Assembly (NCBI GenBank): GCA_038897215.1
Contig: JAWAWX010000001.1
Coordinates: forward strand, 1,095,525-1,159,524
Length of the DNA stretch: 64,000 nt
Origin: Acidilobaceae archaeon
GTDB taxonomy: Archaea > Thermoproteota > Thermoprotei_A > Sulfolobales > Acidilobaceae
Direction: 5' to 3'
Every line of letters begins with the position of its first letter. Within the stretch, counting starts at the first letter, position 1. The position numbers and the translations under genes are program-made. Below the pieces are notes generated by a model that worked only from the letters and a program-made list of their open reading frames with translations, made no database searches and was not told where the DNA came from. Of this stretch, positions 46,668-56,541 are shown in pieces.

Positions 46668-47531
46668 TCACGAACTCCATATTTGCAGACTAGACCTGGA
46701 AGGCTCTAGCAGATATACTTTCATGTTGTGTCTTCTAAGAGCTTCGTAGGCATCGCTTACTCTATCTCTCTCGAGTAGGATGGCTAGAACCCCTTTCTTC
46801 ACGTACGCTACTATCAGTCCCGGGAGTTTCTCAACTGTTTCACTCAAGCTCTCTCCCAGAGTCTTACGGAGGATCCCGGTCTCAGCGTTGAATCTACTCA
46901 AGTTTTCGATGAAGGAGTCTAGAGTCGGATTGCCTAGTATGGCCTCTAACCGGGCTCTAGCGTGTTGCGAGACCTCACTTTGAGCAAAGACTCTTAAGAA
47001 CTCTCGAGTCTCCATTACTCTAAAGGCTATAGCCAAGACTGCTACAGAGCTAGGGACTTGAGCGCAATCGACTTCACCTACTCCAGGAGCTCCTGCTTTA
47101 AACCTGAATACTAGCCCTATCCCGCAAGAGATGGCGAGCACGTCCCCCAAGCCGGAGCCTTCTAGAACCTCTGCTGTATGAGCTATCTGAAGAGACCTCA
47201 GTACGTTGAAGCCTCGGCTAGACCCCAACGCTAGAGCTACAGCTGTAGCTGTAGCACCGCTTACAGCAAACCCGACTCCAGGAGGCAGAGGCCTCACGTA
47301 CCTCACGGTAGCGTTCGCTACGTTGAGCAACTCTGCTACTCTCCTCGCAGTAGGGCCTAGAGACTCTATGCTCTCACTCCAGTCTTCGTTCTCGCACACA
47401 ACCAAACGAGGCTCTACGGCTAGCCCGACGCCTCTAGACCCGGATAGCAGGGGGTTAGCTGGGTTAATCGATGGGTCGAAGAGCGCTGTCACGTGGTGAG
47501 GAGTGGAAGCGCAGAACTTAGCTTGCCTCAT
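46668..47531 (-). CDS. Pantoate kinase (GHMP family)
   Basis: PHHVT.LF, GSRGVG, P.GVGFAVSG, AH.AEV..GSGLGDV; adjacent to coaBC. Confidence 0.85.
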   Translation of the reverse strand: MRQAKFCASTPHHVTALFDPSINPANPLLSGSRGVGLAVEPRLVVCENEDWSESIESLGPTARRVAELLNVANATVRYVRPLPPGVGFAVSGATATAVALALGSSRGFNVLRSLQIAHTAEVLEGSGLGDVLAISCGIGLVFRFKAGAPGVGEVDCAQVPSSVAVLAIAFRVMETREFLRVFAQSEVSQHARARLEAILGNPTLDSFIENLSRFNAETGILRKTLGESLSETVEKLPGLIVAYVKKGVLAILLERDRVSDAYEALRRHNMKVYLLEPSRSSLQIWSS

Positions 47532-48784
47532 TACCGCTGACTCCTCTTAAAGACTTTTACGATCTCGTCTACAACGTGTCTCGCTAGTATCTCTTTGTGG
47601 ATATAGCCTAGGTACCTAGTAGTGTTCTCTCTTAGCACTAGTAGAGCGTTGAGCTCCTCTGCTCCAAAACCCTTACCGGCTCTCATAGCCGTGTTTGCTA
47701 TAACTATGTCTGCATTGTACTTGTTGAGCTTCTCTAGCCCGGCTTCAGCTAGCCCCTCGATATCCTCTCTCGGCGTGGCCGTGAAGACTACGAGAAGCCC
47801 CGGTTTTCGCCTAATAGAGTTCAATACCTTAACCGCTGGCTTGAGCTTAATCTGAATCTCTGAGTTGCTTGGGAGCTTTTCAGTAGCGTTTTTGGTTTCG
47901 ATCTCGAAGTCTAGAGGAGCTGCTACCGAGACCACGGCGTCGTACGTCTTGGTATCAGTTAGTCTCGCTACAGTCTCAGCCATCTCTCTAGTCGTCTCCA
48001 CAGTTACAACGTTCAGGAATTGGGGGAGCTTAACGCTACTTACCCCCATGACTATGTCTACCTCTGCTCCTCTAGCCCAAGCCTCTAGAGCTATCTCGTA
48101 AGCCATCCTGCCGCTACTCGCGTTCGAGACGAATCTAACAGCGTCAATCCACTCTCTAGTAGCGCCCCCCGTGACCAGGACTTTGAGCCCTCTAGCGTCT
48201 CTGCCTCTACATGCTACAGAGGCGGCAACACGCCCTACCACAGCGGGGTCCTCCATCACCAGCCTAGAGTCCTCGACTCTGGGGGGCACTACTAGGACTC
48301 CCTGCTCTCCGAGCTTTCTCTCTATCTCTCTATACTGGGGGGTTGATGCCAGGCTCGAGTGTAGAGCTGGAGCTACGATGACGGGCTTCCCGTAGCCTAG
48401 AGCTGAGAGCGCTGTCAACACGACACTATTATCGGCTATCCCATAGGCTAGCTTCGCGAGCGAAGAGAGAGTAGCTGGGGCTACTATTACTGCGTGTGAG
48501 GATTTGACGATAGAGATGTGCTCGGTCTGCCCCGTTAGCTCTACGACTGCTCTAGTTCCAGAAGCCCATTCCAGAAGGTCTCTTCCCACGTAGCGTAGAG
48601 CCTCGGTTGTCGCGAAGGGGATTACGGTAGCCGACCTCCTCAAAAGCCACCTTATCAGGTCTACCGCTCTATAGGCAGCCACGCTTCCAGTAAGCCCGAC
48701 GATTAACTGCTTACCTTCAAGATACCGGTTCACAGACCCTCTGATCTCAGTTGCCGGGTGTTCGAACTCGTAACTAGAGACCAT
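47531..48784 (-). CDS. coaBC: Phosphopantothenoylcysteine synthetase/decarboxylase
   Basis: TGSVAAY, APAT...K.A.GIAD, TGGATRE.ID.VRFVSN.SSGRM. Confidence 0.93.
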   Translation of the reverse strand: MVSSYEFEHPATEIRGSVNRYLEGKQLIVGLTGSVAAYRAVDLIRWLLRRSATVIPFATTEALRYVGRDLLEWASGTRAVVELTGQTEHISIVKSSHAVIVAPATLSSLAKLAYGIADNSVVLTALSALGYGKPVIVAPALHSSLASTPQYREIERKLGEQGVLVVPPRVEDSRLVMEDPAVVGRVAASVACRGRDARGLKVLVTGGATREWIDAVRFVSNASSGRMAYEIALEAWARGAEVDIVMGVSSVKLPQFLNVVTVETTREMAETVARLTDTKTYDAVVSVAAPLDFEIETKNATEKLPSNSEIQIKLKPAVKVLNSIRRKPGLLVVFTATPREDIEGLAEAGLEKLNKYNADIVIANTAMRAGKGFGAEELNALLVLRENTTRYLGYIHKEILARHVVDEIVKVFKRSQR

Positions 48785-48850
48785 TTGAGAGCCGCCTGCT
48801 TAAATCGATTCAAGTCAAAGACTTTTAAAAGATTCTTTGGGATAATGTAG

Positions 48851-49423
48851 ATGCGGAGAGAGATCATGGAGGAAGTCGTGGTGAGAAGAGCTAGAAGAGA
48901 GGATATACCGGCAGTGATGGAGGTCAATATAGCCAGCCTTCCGGAGAACTACTGGTACGGCTTCTACGAGGAGTTTGTCGAGAAATGGAGCGAGGCTTTC
49001 CTAGTAGCAGAGATAGGGGGTGAGATAGTAGGCTACGCTATGAGCAGGATAGAGCAGCAAAGAGACCCAGTGCTTCTAGGGCTTAGAAGTGAGCTAGAAG
49101 AAGCCCCTAAATCGATACTAGCTAGGATAGCGGACGAGGTCGCCTCATACCTGACAATCGAGCCTCAGAGAGTCGGCCACCTCGTATCCATAGCTGTTCT
49201 AGCCCCCTATAGGGGTCGAGGAATAGGGTCTAGGTTGCTCTCAGAGAGCATTAGAGTAGTCAGAGACGTGTACGGAGCAGTCTCAATGTATCTCGAGGTC
49301 AGAGTATCCAACACTATAGCTATCAGGCTATACGAGAAACACGGATTCCGGAAAGCGAGACTCATAAAGAGCTACTATGCAGACGGCGAAGACGCATACG
49401 TGATGGTTAAGAGGTTGAGATAA
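48851..49423 (+). CDS. Ard1/RimI N-terminal acetyltransferase
   Basis: SLPENY, GHLVSIAV...YRGRGIG, LEVRVSN, YYADGEDAY. Confidence 0.93.
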   Translation: MRREIMEEVVVRRARREDIPAVMEVNIASLPENYWYGFYEEFVEKWSEAFLVAEIGGEIVGYAMSRIEQQRDPVLLGLRSELEEAPKSILARIADEVASYLTIEPQRVGHLVSIAVLAPYRGRGIGSRLLSESIRVVRDVYGAVSMYLEVRVSNTIAIRLYEKHGFRKARLIKSYYADGEDAYVMVKRLR

Positions 49424-49490
49424 ACCAACGAAGACTTTTAAAGTAGCGAACTCCAAATTAAATGACATAGAGAATCATGGGTGTAACCTC

Positions 49491-50222
49491 GTGTCTCTAT
49501 GTGAGAAGCCGTTGATTCTAGGAGAGCCCCTACCTAGAGTTAGGGTAGAGACTACTCACGGGCATAAGACCATACCAGACGATTATAAAGGCAGATGGTT
49601 AGTTATCTTCAGCTATCCCGCTAACTTCACTGGGCTAACTGCGACAGAGCTAGTTGCATTAGCGTTAAGCCAGGAAGAGTTCCGCAAACTCAACGTGGAG
49701 ATACTGGGCATAAGTGTGGATACGGTTTTTAGTCATCTTGAGTGGGTGAGGTGGTTTAAAGAAAAGCTAGGCTTAGAGCTGAGATTCCCACTGGTAGCCG
49801 ACCCTACGGGAGCTATCTCTAAGACTCTTTGCTTGATTCACGCTCAACCGATTCTTAAACCCGCTCGAGCTACAATAATCGTTGATGAAGACGGCATAGT
49901 GAGGAGCGTGCTCTATTACCCCAAATATGTGGGGAGAAGTATTCGAGAACTCCTCAGGATACTATATGCTCTTCAGGTAAACAAGAGCACAGACAAACTA
50001 ATTCCAGCTGAGTGGCCTGATGGCATCTTAGCAGGCGAAAGAGCGTTGTCTCATCCAGCTCACAGACTAGACGAGATGGAGTATCGTCTGAGAAGCGGGA
50101 AATGTATCGAGTGGTGGCTATGTCTTGAAGAGCTAGAGAAACAGATTGTCGATGAGGCTCGAAGACTTATGAAGCTTCACGAGCCAACAGTTTTTAGGCT
50201 GGAAAGTCTTGAAACTAGTTGA
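49491..50222 (+). CDS. Archaeal peroxiredoxin-like protein lacking the peroxidatic Cys
   Basis: TTHG...PDDYKGRW, PANFTGLTATE (canonical PADFTPVCTTE), SVD.VFSH..W, YYP..VGR, PAEWP, CIEWWLC. Confidence 0.85.
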   Translation: MSLCEKPLILGEPLPRVRVETTHGHKTIPDDYKGRWLVIFSYPANFTGLTATELVALALSQEEFRKLNVEILGISVDTVFSHLEWVRWFKEKLGLELRFPLVADPTGAISKTLCLIHAQPILKPARATIIVDEDGIVRSVLYYPKYVGRSIRELLRILYALQVNKSTDKLIPAEWPDGILAGERALSHPAHRLDEMEYRLRSGKCIEWWLCLEELEKQIVDEARRLMKLHEPTVFRLESLETS

Positions 50223-51414
50223 CACCACCTCGCTTAAATATGCACGAGAACTAAGCATATGGGATGTTGTAGATAGGATGAAGATTATTCTTGAAACCTG
50301 GAGTGTGACTTGCGTTAGGGTTAGAGACAGCTATGTGGTCGAAGATGATCTCGAGACCTACTGGGCTCTAAGAAGGCTTGATACAAGATACACACCTGTA
50401 TGCGAAGACCAAGAAGCTAGAAGAGAGGTGTCGCTAAACGACCTCGGTTTCTACGATAATGTGATTGGTGATAGCGTTAGAGTATATGATAACATCGTGG
50501 ATATTGTAGCTAGAGGGGGGCCTACACCGCTAGTCAGGCTAGAAGATTTTGGGAGTGAGAAAGTAAGGGTCTGGGCTAAGCTAGAGTGGTATTGGCCTTG
50601 TAGTCTCAGCTTAAAGGATAGAATCGCGTACCATATTGTTAAGGACCTACATGCTAGAGGGCTCGCAGAGGGCAAGATTCTGATAGACGCTTCTTCGGGA
50701 AACTTTGGTGTATCCTTGAGAGCTCTCTCCAGATGGTTTTACTATCGTACTCGCATATACGCTCCAGCTCGACCCGGAAGATTCGGGAGATACTCGAAGC
50801 TGTTTCTAGAGCTAGCAGGGACAGAGATCATCCCGATGGATGTAGGGACTACTGTCGAAGCGATCTCAAGAGTTCTAGAGGAGGGAGCGAGAGACCCTGA
50901 TGTAGTCATAGCTAGCCAGCTTACTAACGATATGAATTTCGAAGCACATCTAAAGACATTAGCGAAAGAGATAGACCTGCAAGCTAGAGCACGTAATCTA
51001 GATGTAGTCATCATTGCCGGCCCCTTAGGGACCTCGGGGCATATGGCTGCTCTCAACTTCTACTTCACGAGCAAGTATAAGGGTAAAGTGAAGACCGTCA
51101 TGGCTCAGCCTGCTAGAGACGACCACATACCCGGCATTAGGAGAGTCGAGACGGGAATGAAGTGGCTTGAGGCTATTTCTCGGAATTACGTAGTTATAGA
51201 TGTAACCTCGCTAGAAGCTGTGAAGACCCTCGAGGAGCTAGTAAAGACCAACGGCATACTTCCAGGACCTTCGAGTGGAGCAGCTCTGGCGGCTCTAACG
51301 AAATACCTGGAGGCTAACAAGGACATAGAGGGAGACGCTATAGTAGTGTTCCCAGACCACGGATTTAAGTACGTCGACTGGATTGAAGCTAAGCTAGCGT
51401 CTCTGAAGCAGTAG
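50209..51414 (+). CDS. O-phosphoserine sulfhydrylase/cysteine synthase, Aeropyrum type
   Basis: PTPLV, KLEWY.P.SLS.KDR (PLP Lys), SSGNFG, LGTSGH, IPGIRRVETGM.W, PD.GFKY, plus an extra N-terminal domain. Confidence 0.9.
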   Translation: MKLVDTTSLKYARELSIWDVVDRMKIILETWSVTCVRVRDSYVVEDDLETYWALRRLDTRYTPVCEDQEARREVSLNDLGFYDNVIGDSVRVYDNIVDIVARGGPTPLVRLEDFGSEKVRVWAKLEWYWPCSLSLKDRIAYHIVKDLHARGLAEGKILIDASSGNFGVSLRALSRWFYYRTRIYAPARPGRFGRYSKLFLELAGTEIIPMDVGTTVEAISRVLEEGARDPDVVIASQLTNDMNFEAHLKTLAKEIDLQARARNLDVVIIAGPLGTSGHMAALNFYFTSKYKGKVKTVMAQPARDDHIPGIRRVETGMKWLEAISRNYVVIDVTSLEAVKTLEELVKTNGILPGPSSGAALAALTKYLEANKDIEGDAIVVFPDHGFKYVDWIEAKLASLKQ

Positions 51415-51733
51415 GTTTAACACGCTCATGCTGAAAACAGCGGCCACAAAACCCAGGGGGTCGGCTACACGAAAAGGGGCTCGTTTTTACGAAGGTTGGT
51501 CGAGCCTGCTGATTGACAAGAGGCACGGCGAATTCCTTGTATGCAGTAGACCTCTCAAGTGGAGTCATGAGTCCCCCCGGACACCTCCACCTTGACTAAG
51601 CTGTGTCAACTCGGGAGTTCCTAACGACATTTGTTCAGACGATCATTCAAGAGCTTTCATTACGAAAATCCAGACTTAGATAACGTGTATTTGTGTCGCG
51701 TTGAGAACGTCTAGAGGTTTAGAGAAGCAGCAT

Positions 51734-52267
51734 TTAGATAACTGATAGCTCCACGTCTTTCCGCTCCGTCTCTACCTCTACGCAACGTAAGAGTTCTCTT
51801 ATGGTTCTTCGAACATCCTCGCTTAGCTCGAGAGAGACGTCGAGTCTCGCTACGTTCACAGCTAGAATCTTGATTTCTAAATCTGGGAACAAGTTCTTGA
51901 CCTTCCCGAGGAGCAGGCTTTGCGAGAGGCTGTGAGTGGAGAGCGAGACAACCTCCTTCTCGAGCTCCTCGAGTTCCAGCTCTACCAGACTTCCGGGAGC
52001 TAGGTCGGGTATATGGGCTGCATCGCATATCACTAGCTTCTCCGGCCTACGAGCTTCGATGATGCTGAGAAGAGGGCAGCTCTCTAAACCGTGCTCGCAT
52101 AGCTCTACTTTGCTTCCAGCAATACCTAGAAGACTCTGGCAGAGCGTGAGACACGCTGCATCATCGCCTCTAAGCCATGAACCTGTACAGACCAAAATGG
52201 ATCCATCATCTCTGATAGCGTCAACTATAGACTTGCACGTGTGGTCTAGGGGAGCGCTCAGCATCAT
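51734..52267 (-). CDS. Hydrogenase maturation protease (HycI-like)
   Basis: G..LRGDDA, ICDAA, STH.L. Confidence 0.88.
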   Translation of the reverse strand: MMLSAPLDHTCKSIVDAIRDDGSILVCTGSWLRGDDAACLTLCQSLLGIAGSKVELCEHGLESCPLLSIIEARRPEKLVICDAAHIPDLAPGSLVELELEELEKEVVSLSTHSLSQSLLLGKVKNLFPDLEIKILAVNVARLDVSLELSEDVRRTIRELLRCVEVETERKDVELSVI

Positions 52268-52583
52268 CTATCGTAGCTACCCCAGACTTCCACCAGCTAT
52301 ATCGACTAATGCTGGCTAGAAGTACTCCCCTCCTATCGCGCTAAGTCACGCGTTCTTCGAGACACGCTTTATGCAATAAGACAGCCACGAGATATGAGGG
52401 TTGCTAGGCTCGCGTAAGCGTATACCTGAAAACGACGCGAGTATCTCTCTACTTGAGCGAGCTCGTTGAGAAACAGTGAGAAAGCGGCTAGGGAGACGCT
52501 ATTCAAGTAGCTGGTCTCAGCATCACTTAACACTATAAAATGTGGAAAAACTCTGAGAGCAATACCTAGGAGGGATTACCGGC

Positions 52584-53369
52584 ATGTCGAGGAGATGGCA
52601 GATACCTAGAAGTCATCCACGCTACGAATCGCTGATGAGAAGAGAGGCTCTCGTCGAAGCTCTAGAGTTGGGGGTTGTCGTGCCTCAAGGGCTTATAGCG
52701 CACGGTCGAGGAGAAGCATTCGACTACCTGATAGGAGAGAAGACTCACGACTTCGCTCAGGAAGCGGAGAGAGTTACTGTAGCCTCTATGCTACTAGCCT
52801 CTAGGCCTGTGATCTCGGTTAACGGGAACTACGCAGCGCTAGCTGCAAGAGAGATAGTAGAGTTAGCGCGCGAAGTGGGAGCGTTAATCGAGGTCAACCT
52901 CTTCTATAGAACTGAAGAAAGAGTAGCTCTCATAGAGGACGTGCTGAAGAAGGCTGGAGCAGAGCGCGTACTCGGCTCTCTCTGCGAGAAGGAGCGAATA
53001 CCAGGGCTTGAGAGTCCTCGAGGCATAGTGTGCAAGGACGGAATATACTCGGCGGACTTCGTGCTACTAGCCATAGAGGATGGTGATAGAACCCTAGCTC
53101 TCAAGAAGATGGGGAAGAAGGTAGCAGCCATAGACTTAAACCCCTTCAGTAGAACCGCTCAAGCCGCAGACATAACCATAGTCGACGAGGCTCTCAGAGC
53201 TACTAGAAACATGGTGAACATAGCGAGAGAGCTGAAAAACAGGGACCGCGAAGAACTCAAAGCAATAGTCAACAGCTACGATAACAGGCAGGTCTTAAGC
53301 AGAGCGTTCAAAGCCATTCTAGAGAGACTACGGGAAGCAGTTGAGAAAGGCGTAGTGCTAGAGCTCTAG
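52584..53369 (+). CDS. 4-phosphopantoate--beta-alanine ligase (archaeal phosphopantothenate synthetase)
   Basis: IPRSHPRYESL, GLIAHGRGEAFDYLIGE, SVNGN, EDGDRT, IDLNP.SRT. Confidence 0.94.
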   Translation: MSRRWQIPRSHPRYESLMRREALVEALELGVVVPQGLIAHGRGEAFDYLIGEKTHDFAQEAERVTVASMLLASRPVISVNGNYAALAAREIVELAREVGALIEVNLFYRTEERVALIEDVLKKAGAERVLGSLCEKERIPGLESPRGIVCKDGIYSADFVLLAIEDGDRTLALKKMGKKVAAIDLNPFSRTAQAADITIVDEALRATRNMVNIARELKNRDREELKAIVNSYDNRQVLSRAFKAILERLREAVEKGVVLEL

Positions 53370-53489
53370 GACTCGTTCGAGACATCGCGGCATTCCGGAC
53401 CCCTGCTGGAACTCGAGCGTCAACGACATGTTGGACTACTTAAGGGGTACTCTCTAGACCCTAGCTCCAGCTTGCCTTCAATATTGCTC

Positions 53490-54482
53490 TTACCATACGT
53501 ACTTACTTTTTATCACTTCTCTGACTAGAGGCCCCATCGGTTGACCGTAAGCTCTCCTCGTCACTTTACAAAACGTGCACTCGGCTCCTCGAGAAATCAG
53601 TCCACACGATTCGCATCTACTTATATCCGCTCGTCTCTCCCATAGCCTTAACTGCGAGCTGGTTTCAGCGAATCTTCTGAGTATAGCTATCTTCATGCCC
53701 GGCATCTTATCCTCAATCTCCTCTAAAAACCTCCTTATCGACAACTCTAGGCCTCTCATGTTCTCGAAGGGGCACTTGGCGTCGGTGAACTCGAGACCTC
53801 TCGCTACTACATATGAAGCTATATCCTTCTCGTAAACTTCATACATGGGCTTTATCTTAGTAGCAACGATGTCGTCAATGCTCCTATTGACTGGGCTAAG
53901 CTTCCCTAGTGCTTCGTAGTCTTGTGTGATGAAGTTCTTGAAGAGATAGACTAGCATATCGTCGGCGTGATGAGCTGTCGCCACGGAGCTAGCCTTGATG
54001 CCTAAGGCTGTAGCGTTCATAATATATCTCTTGACAGCCCCGCATAGCGAACACGCTCTTCTAGTCTTGAGCCTCGAAATTAGGTCAGGTAGTGTGAAGC
54101 CGAGGTCTCTCCTTAAGTCTATGATAATGCAGTCTGCACCAAGACTTCTACAATGCTTCTCTACAGTCACTCTCGACTTCTCAGAGTACTCTCCTATGCC
54201 TAGGTCTATATGCAATACTATGTAATCAAACTCCATCCTCTTAGCTAGAGAATCAGCTATGTACAATAAGGCCACACTATCCTTTCCTCCTGAGACAGCG
54301 ACGACGACCTTATCTCCTCTCTTGACCATATTGTATCTTCTGACTGCCTTCTCTACTCTCGACTCAACGAACTCGACCAGATGAGATTTACATAGGCTGA
54401 GTTTAGCGTATCTGACTCTCGCTATAGCCTGGCAGTCGCAGTAATAGCATTTAGTCCTCATGCTCTCTCTGCTTCCAGGCAC
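53490..54482 (-). CDS. TtuA/Ncs6-family tRNA 2-thiouridine synthetase
   Basis: N-terminal CxxC..CxxH, PP-loop SGGKDS, CSLC, AHHADD, CP, and C-terminal CxxC..CxxC. Confidence 0.9.
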   Translation of the reverse strand: MPGSRESMRTKCYYCDCQAIARVRYAKLSLCKSHLVEFVESRVEKAVRRYNMVKRGDKVVVAVSGGKDSVALLYIADSLAKRMEFDYIVLHIDLGIGEYSEKSRVTVEKHCRSLGADCIIIDLRRDLGFTLPDLISRLKTRRACSLCGAVKRYIMNATALGIKASSVATAHHADDMLVYLFKNFITQDYEALGKLSPVNRSIDDIVATKIKPMYEVYEKDIASYVVARGLEFTDAKCPFENMRGLELSIRRFLEEIEDKMPGMKIAILRRFAETSSQLRLWERRADISRCESCGLISRGAECTFCKVTRRAYGQPMGPLVREVIKSKYVW

Positions 54483-54722
54483 TCTAGCACCTCCTCTGCG
54501 AGCTTTCCAGCGATACCCCCAGAGGGTAGAGGGATGTGAGATTGCTCTTTAACCTTTTAATTAGGTCCCCTTATGGCAAACCATGCTCACGTATTGCTCT
54601 ATTACTGTTTTAGCGGAATTACCGAGAATAGCTTTGCGGCTAGCTTATAGCAATAGGCTTTCTTACTCTCCCCTCGGAGACAGTCAGCGAGCTAGGTGAG
54701 AGCTCCTATCGCCTAGCACTGT

Positions 54723-54780
54723 AGGCTCAGCCCTGCGCGGGCACATCACTACTCAGCCCTTTCGAGCCACTTCACAGCCG
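54723..54780 (-). ncRNA. Box C/D guide sRNA with variant C boxes, probably tRNA-targeting
   Basis: Minus strand reads GGCT-GTGAAGT-ggctcgaaaggg-CTGA-gta-GTGATGT-gcccgcgcaggg-CTGA-GCC: two 12-nt guides, perfect D and D' boxes, and a terminal stem. Confidence 0.8.
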
Positions 54781-54898
54781 CTCGAGTAAGTCAATAAGAG
54801 CCTCCTTCCACGTAATAGGCCTCTGAGCCTTTAATCTCTGACCGATTTAAGCTTTCGATAACGCTCTCTGAAAATAGAGCACTTACGAGGATAGGAGG

Positions 54899-55591
54899 AT
54901 GCTCGACACGGAGACTCTAAGTGAGCTGATATCAACATACGGTATTGTGGGGCTTTTCATAGCTGTGTTTATATGCAACCTGATCCCTGTGACTGGTCTC
55001 TCATTCACTATAAGCGTGGGCTTCTTCACGCTAGCATCAGTCAGCTCTCCCCTATCTCTAAAGATCCTACTGGCTCCCTTCGTTATAGCAACTGCTGCCA
55101 CCTTAGCTAAGGTGCTCATATTCGGAACATCGAGGAGTGTTAGCCAGAGGTTCTACATGGTTAGGAAGAGACGAAAAGACATAGCTAGACTGCTTAAAGG
55201 CAAAGAGCACATAGTCATGATTATCACGGCTATCGTGGCTTCCACACCTCTTCCAGACGATGTCTGGAATATCCTGATGGGCGCAATAGGCTTCAACTCT
55301 AGGCTCTTCGTTCTCTCGATATTCGCGGGCAAGCTTTTCCAAGCGACTTTAGCTATGCTGATAGGAACGTTTCTAGGGTCTTCATTTACCAGGATAGTCG
55401 TGAACCCGGAGATACTAAGTGGTAGTAGCATGTGGGGGATACTGCTGAGCGCTACTCTAACCCTATCTCTGGCTGTACTCATCACGTACTCTTGCCTCAA
55501 GATAGACTGGGTTAGGTTCACTACTGTCTACGCGAGGAGAGGATTGTGGGAGGCTCTGAGAGACGCTTTTTCTCAAGTGTTTAGTAAGTGA
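54899..55591 (+). CDS. VTT/SNARE-associated (DedA-like) membrane protein
   Basis: YG..GLF...FI.NLIP, STPLPDD, G...GK; several TM segments. Confidence 0.75.
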   Translation: MLDTETLSELISTYGIVGLFIAVFICNLIPVTGLSFTISVGFFTLASVSSPLSLKILLAPFVIATAATLAKVLIFGTSRSVSQRFYMVRKRRKDIARLLKGKEHIVMIITAIVASTPLPDDVWNILMGAIGFNSRLFVLSIFAGKLFQATLAMLIGTFLGSSFTRIVVNPEILSGSSMWGILLSATLTLSLAVLITYSCLKIDWVRFTTVYARRGLWEALRDAFSQVFSK

Positions 55592-55596
55592 TGCGC

Positions 55597-56541
55597 CTAG
55601 ATATGGCTAGCAGTTAGGGCTAGTGCTAGTCCAGCGATAATGAAAACCTTGTAGACTAAGAGAGCGAGCTGGTTTAAGTCAGATAGTTTCTTGAGTGCGG
55701 GTATATTCATGCTCTCGACAGCTCTCAGCTTTAAACCTATGAGGAGAGTCAATGTAGCGGGGGCTAGAGCTACGAGAATCGAGTGGGGCATGAGATTGAG
55801 TGCTGTGCACGCGATTAGAGTAGTGACCGTTAAAAAAGTCATTGAGAGATAGCCAATCCAGAACTTTTGCCCCAGTATAGACGGCAGAGTCTTCCTCTTC
55901 TTTTCCCTATCGTAAGAAGCTCTTGGAACCTTGTTTAGAGAGTAGACTATGTGAGCAGTCGATACAGCTATTGCGGGGATGAATGTTAAAACATCGATTT
56001 CTCGAGCTATCACGTAGTAAGAGCCGGTAAACACTAGCATGTCTTTAGCTAAGAGAGCTAGCTCTCCTGGCGCTACTGCTAGAAGGAGTGAGTGGTAACT
56101 CAATATTATGGCTGCTCCCGCTAGCGCGAAAAGCAGGACGAGAATGCCTCTCTCAAGCGCTAGATATACCCCTATAGCGAAGGCTCCGATGAATGCTACG
56201 ATGGCTACGACCAGAGTTTCTCTCAGACTAATCCTACCCTCTACTACAGGACTGTAGTAATATCCAAACACGGTGTAGAGGTCTTTAGATAGCCCTTTAT
56301 CGAGGCCCTCGATTACGTCGAGATAGTCGTCTAAAGCATGCATAGCTATATGTGCTAGCGTAGTGCCAAGAATTAGGATAGCTAGTAAAGGTAACAGATT
56401 GAGGTCTAGGTCTCCCATTGAGTAGAAGGCGTAGAGAGCGCCAGCGAGAGTTGTCAACGCTGTGGATAGTAGAAGCTTGAGCCTAAACACAGCCAGGTAG
56501 CCTGAAGTTATCCTCGAGAATCGAGCTAACGTGATCCTCAT
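55597..56541 (-). CDS. MenA-like UbiA-family prenyltransferase
   Basis: H...H..DDY.D..EG.D, SY, GE, GSYYV, N......D....RKTL. Confidence 0.8.
   Translation of the reverse strand: MRITLARFSRITSGYLAVFRLKLLLSTALTTLAGALYAFYSMGDLDLNLLPLLAILILGTTLAHIAMHALDDYLDVIEGLDKGLSKDLYTVFGYYYSPVVEGRISLRETLVVAIVAFIGAFAIGVYLALERGILVLLFALAGAAIILSYHSLLLAVAPGELALLAKDMLVFTGSYYVIAREIDVLTFIPAIAVSTAHIVYSLNKVPRASYDREKKRKTLPSILGQKFWIGYLSMTFLTVTTLIACTALNLMPHSILVALAPATLTLLIGLKLRAVESMNIPALKKLSDLNQLALLVYKVFIIAGLALALTASHI

Noticed and set aside
52268-52583. 316-nt divergent intergenic gap with a 45-54 codon minus-strand frame
   Set aside because: No SD, motif or clear RNA structure; could be promoters or a decayed relic.
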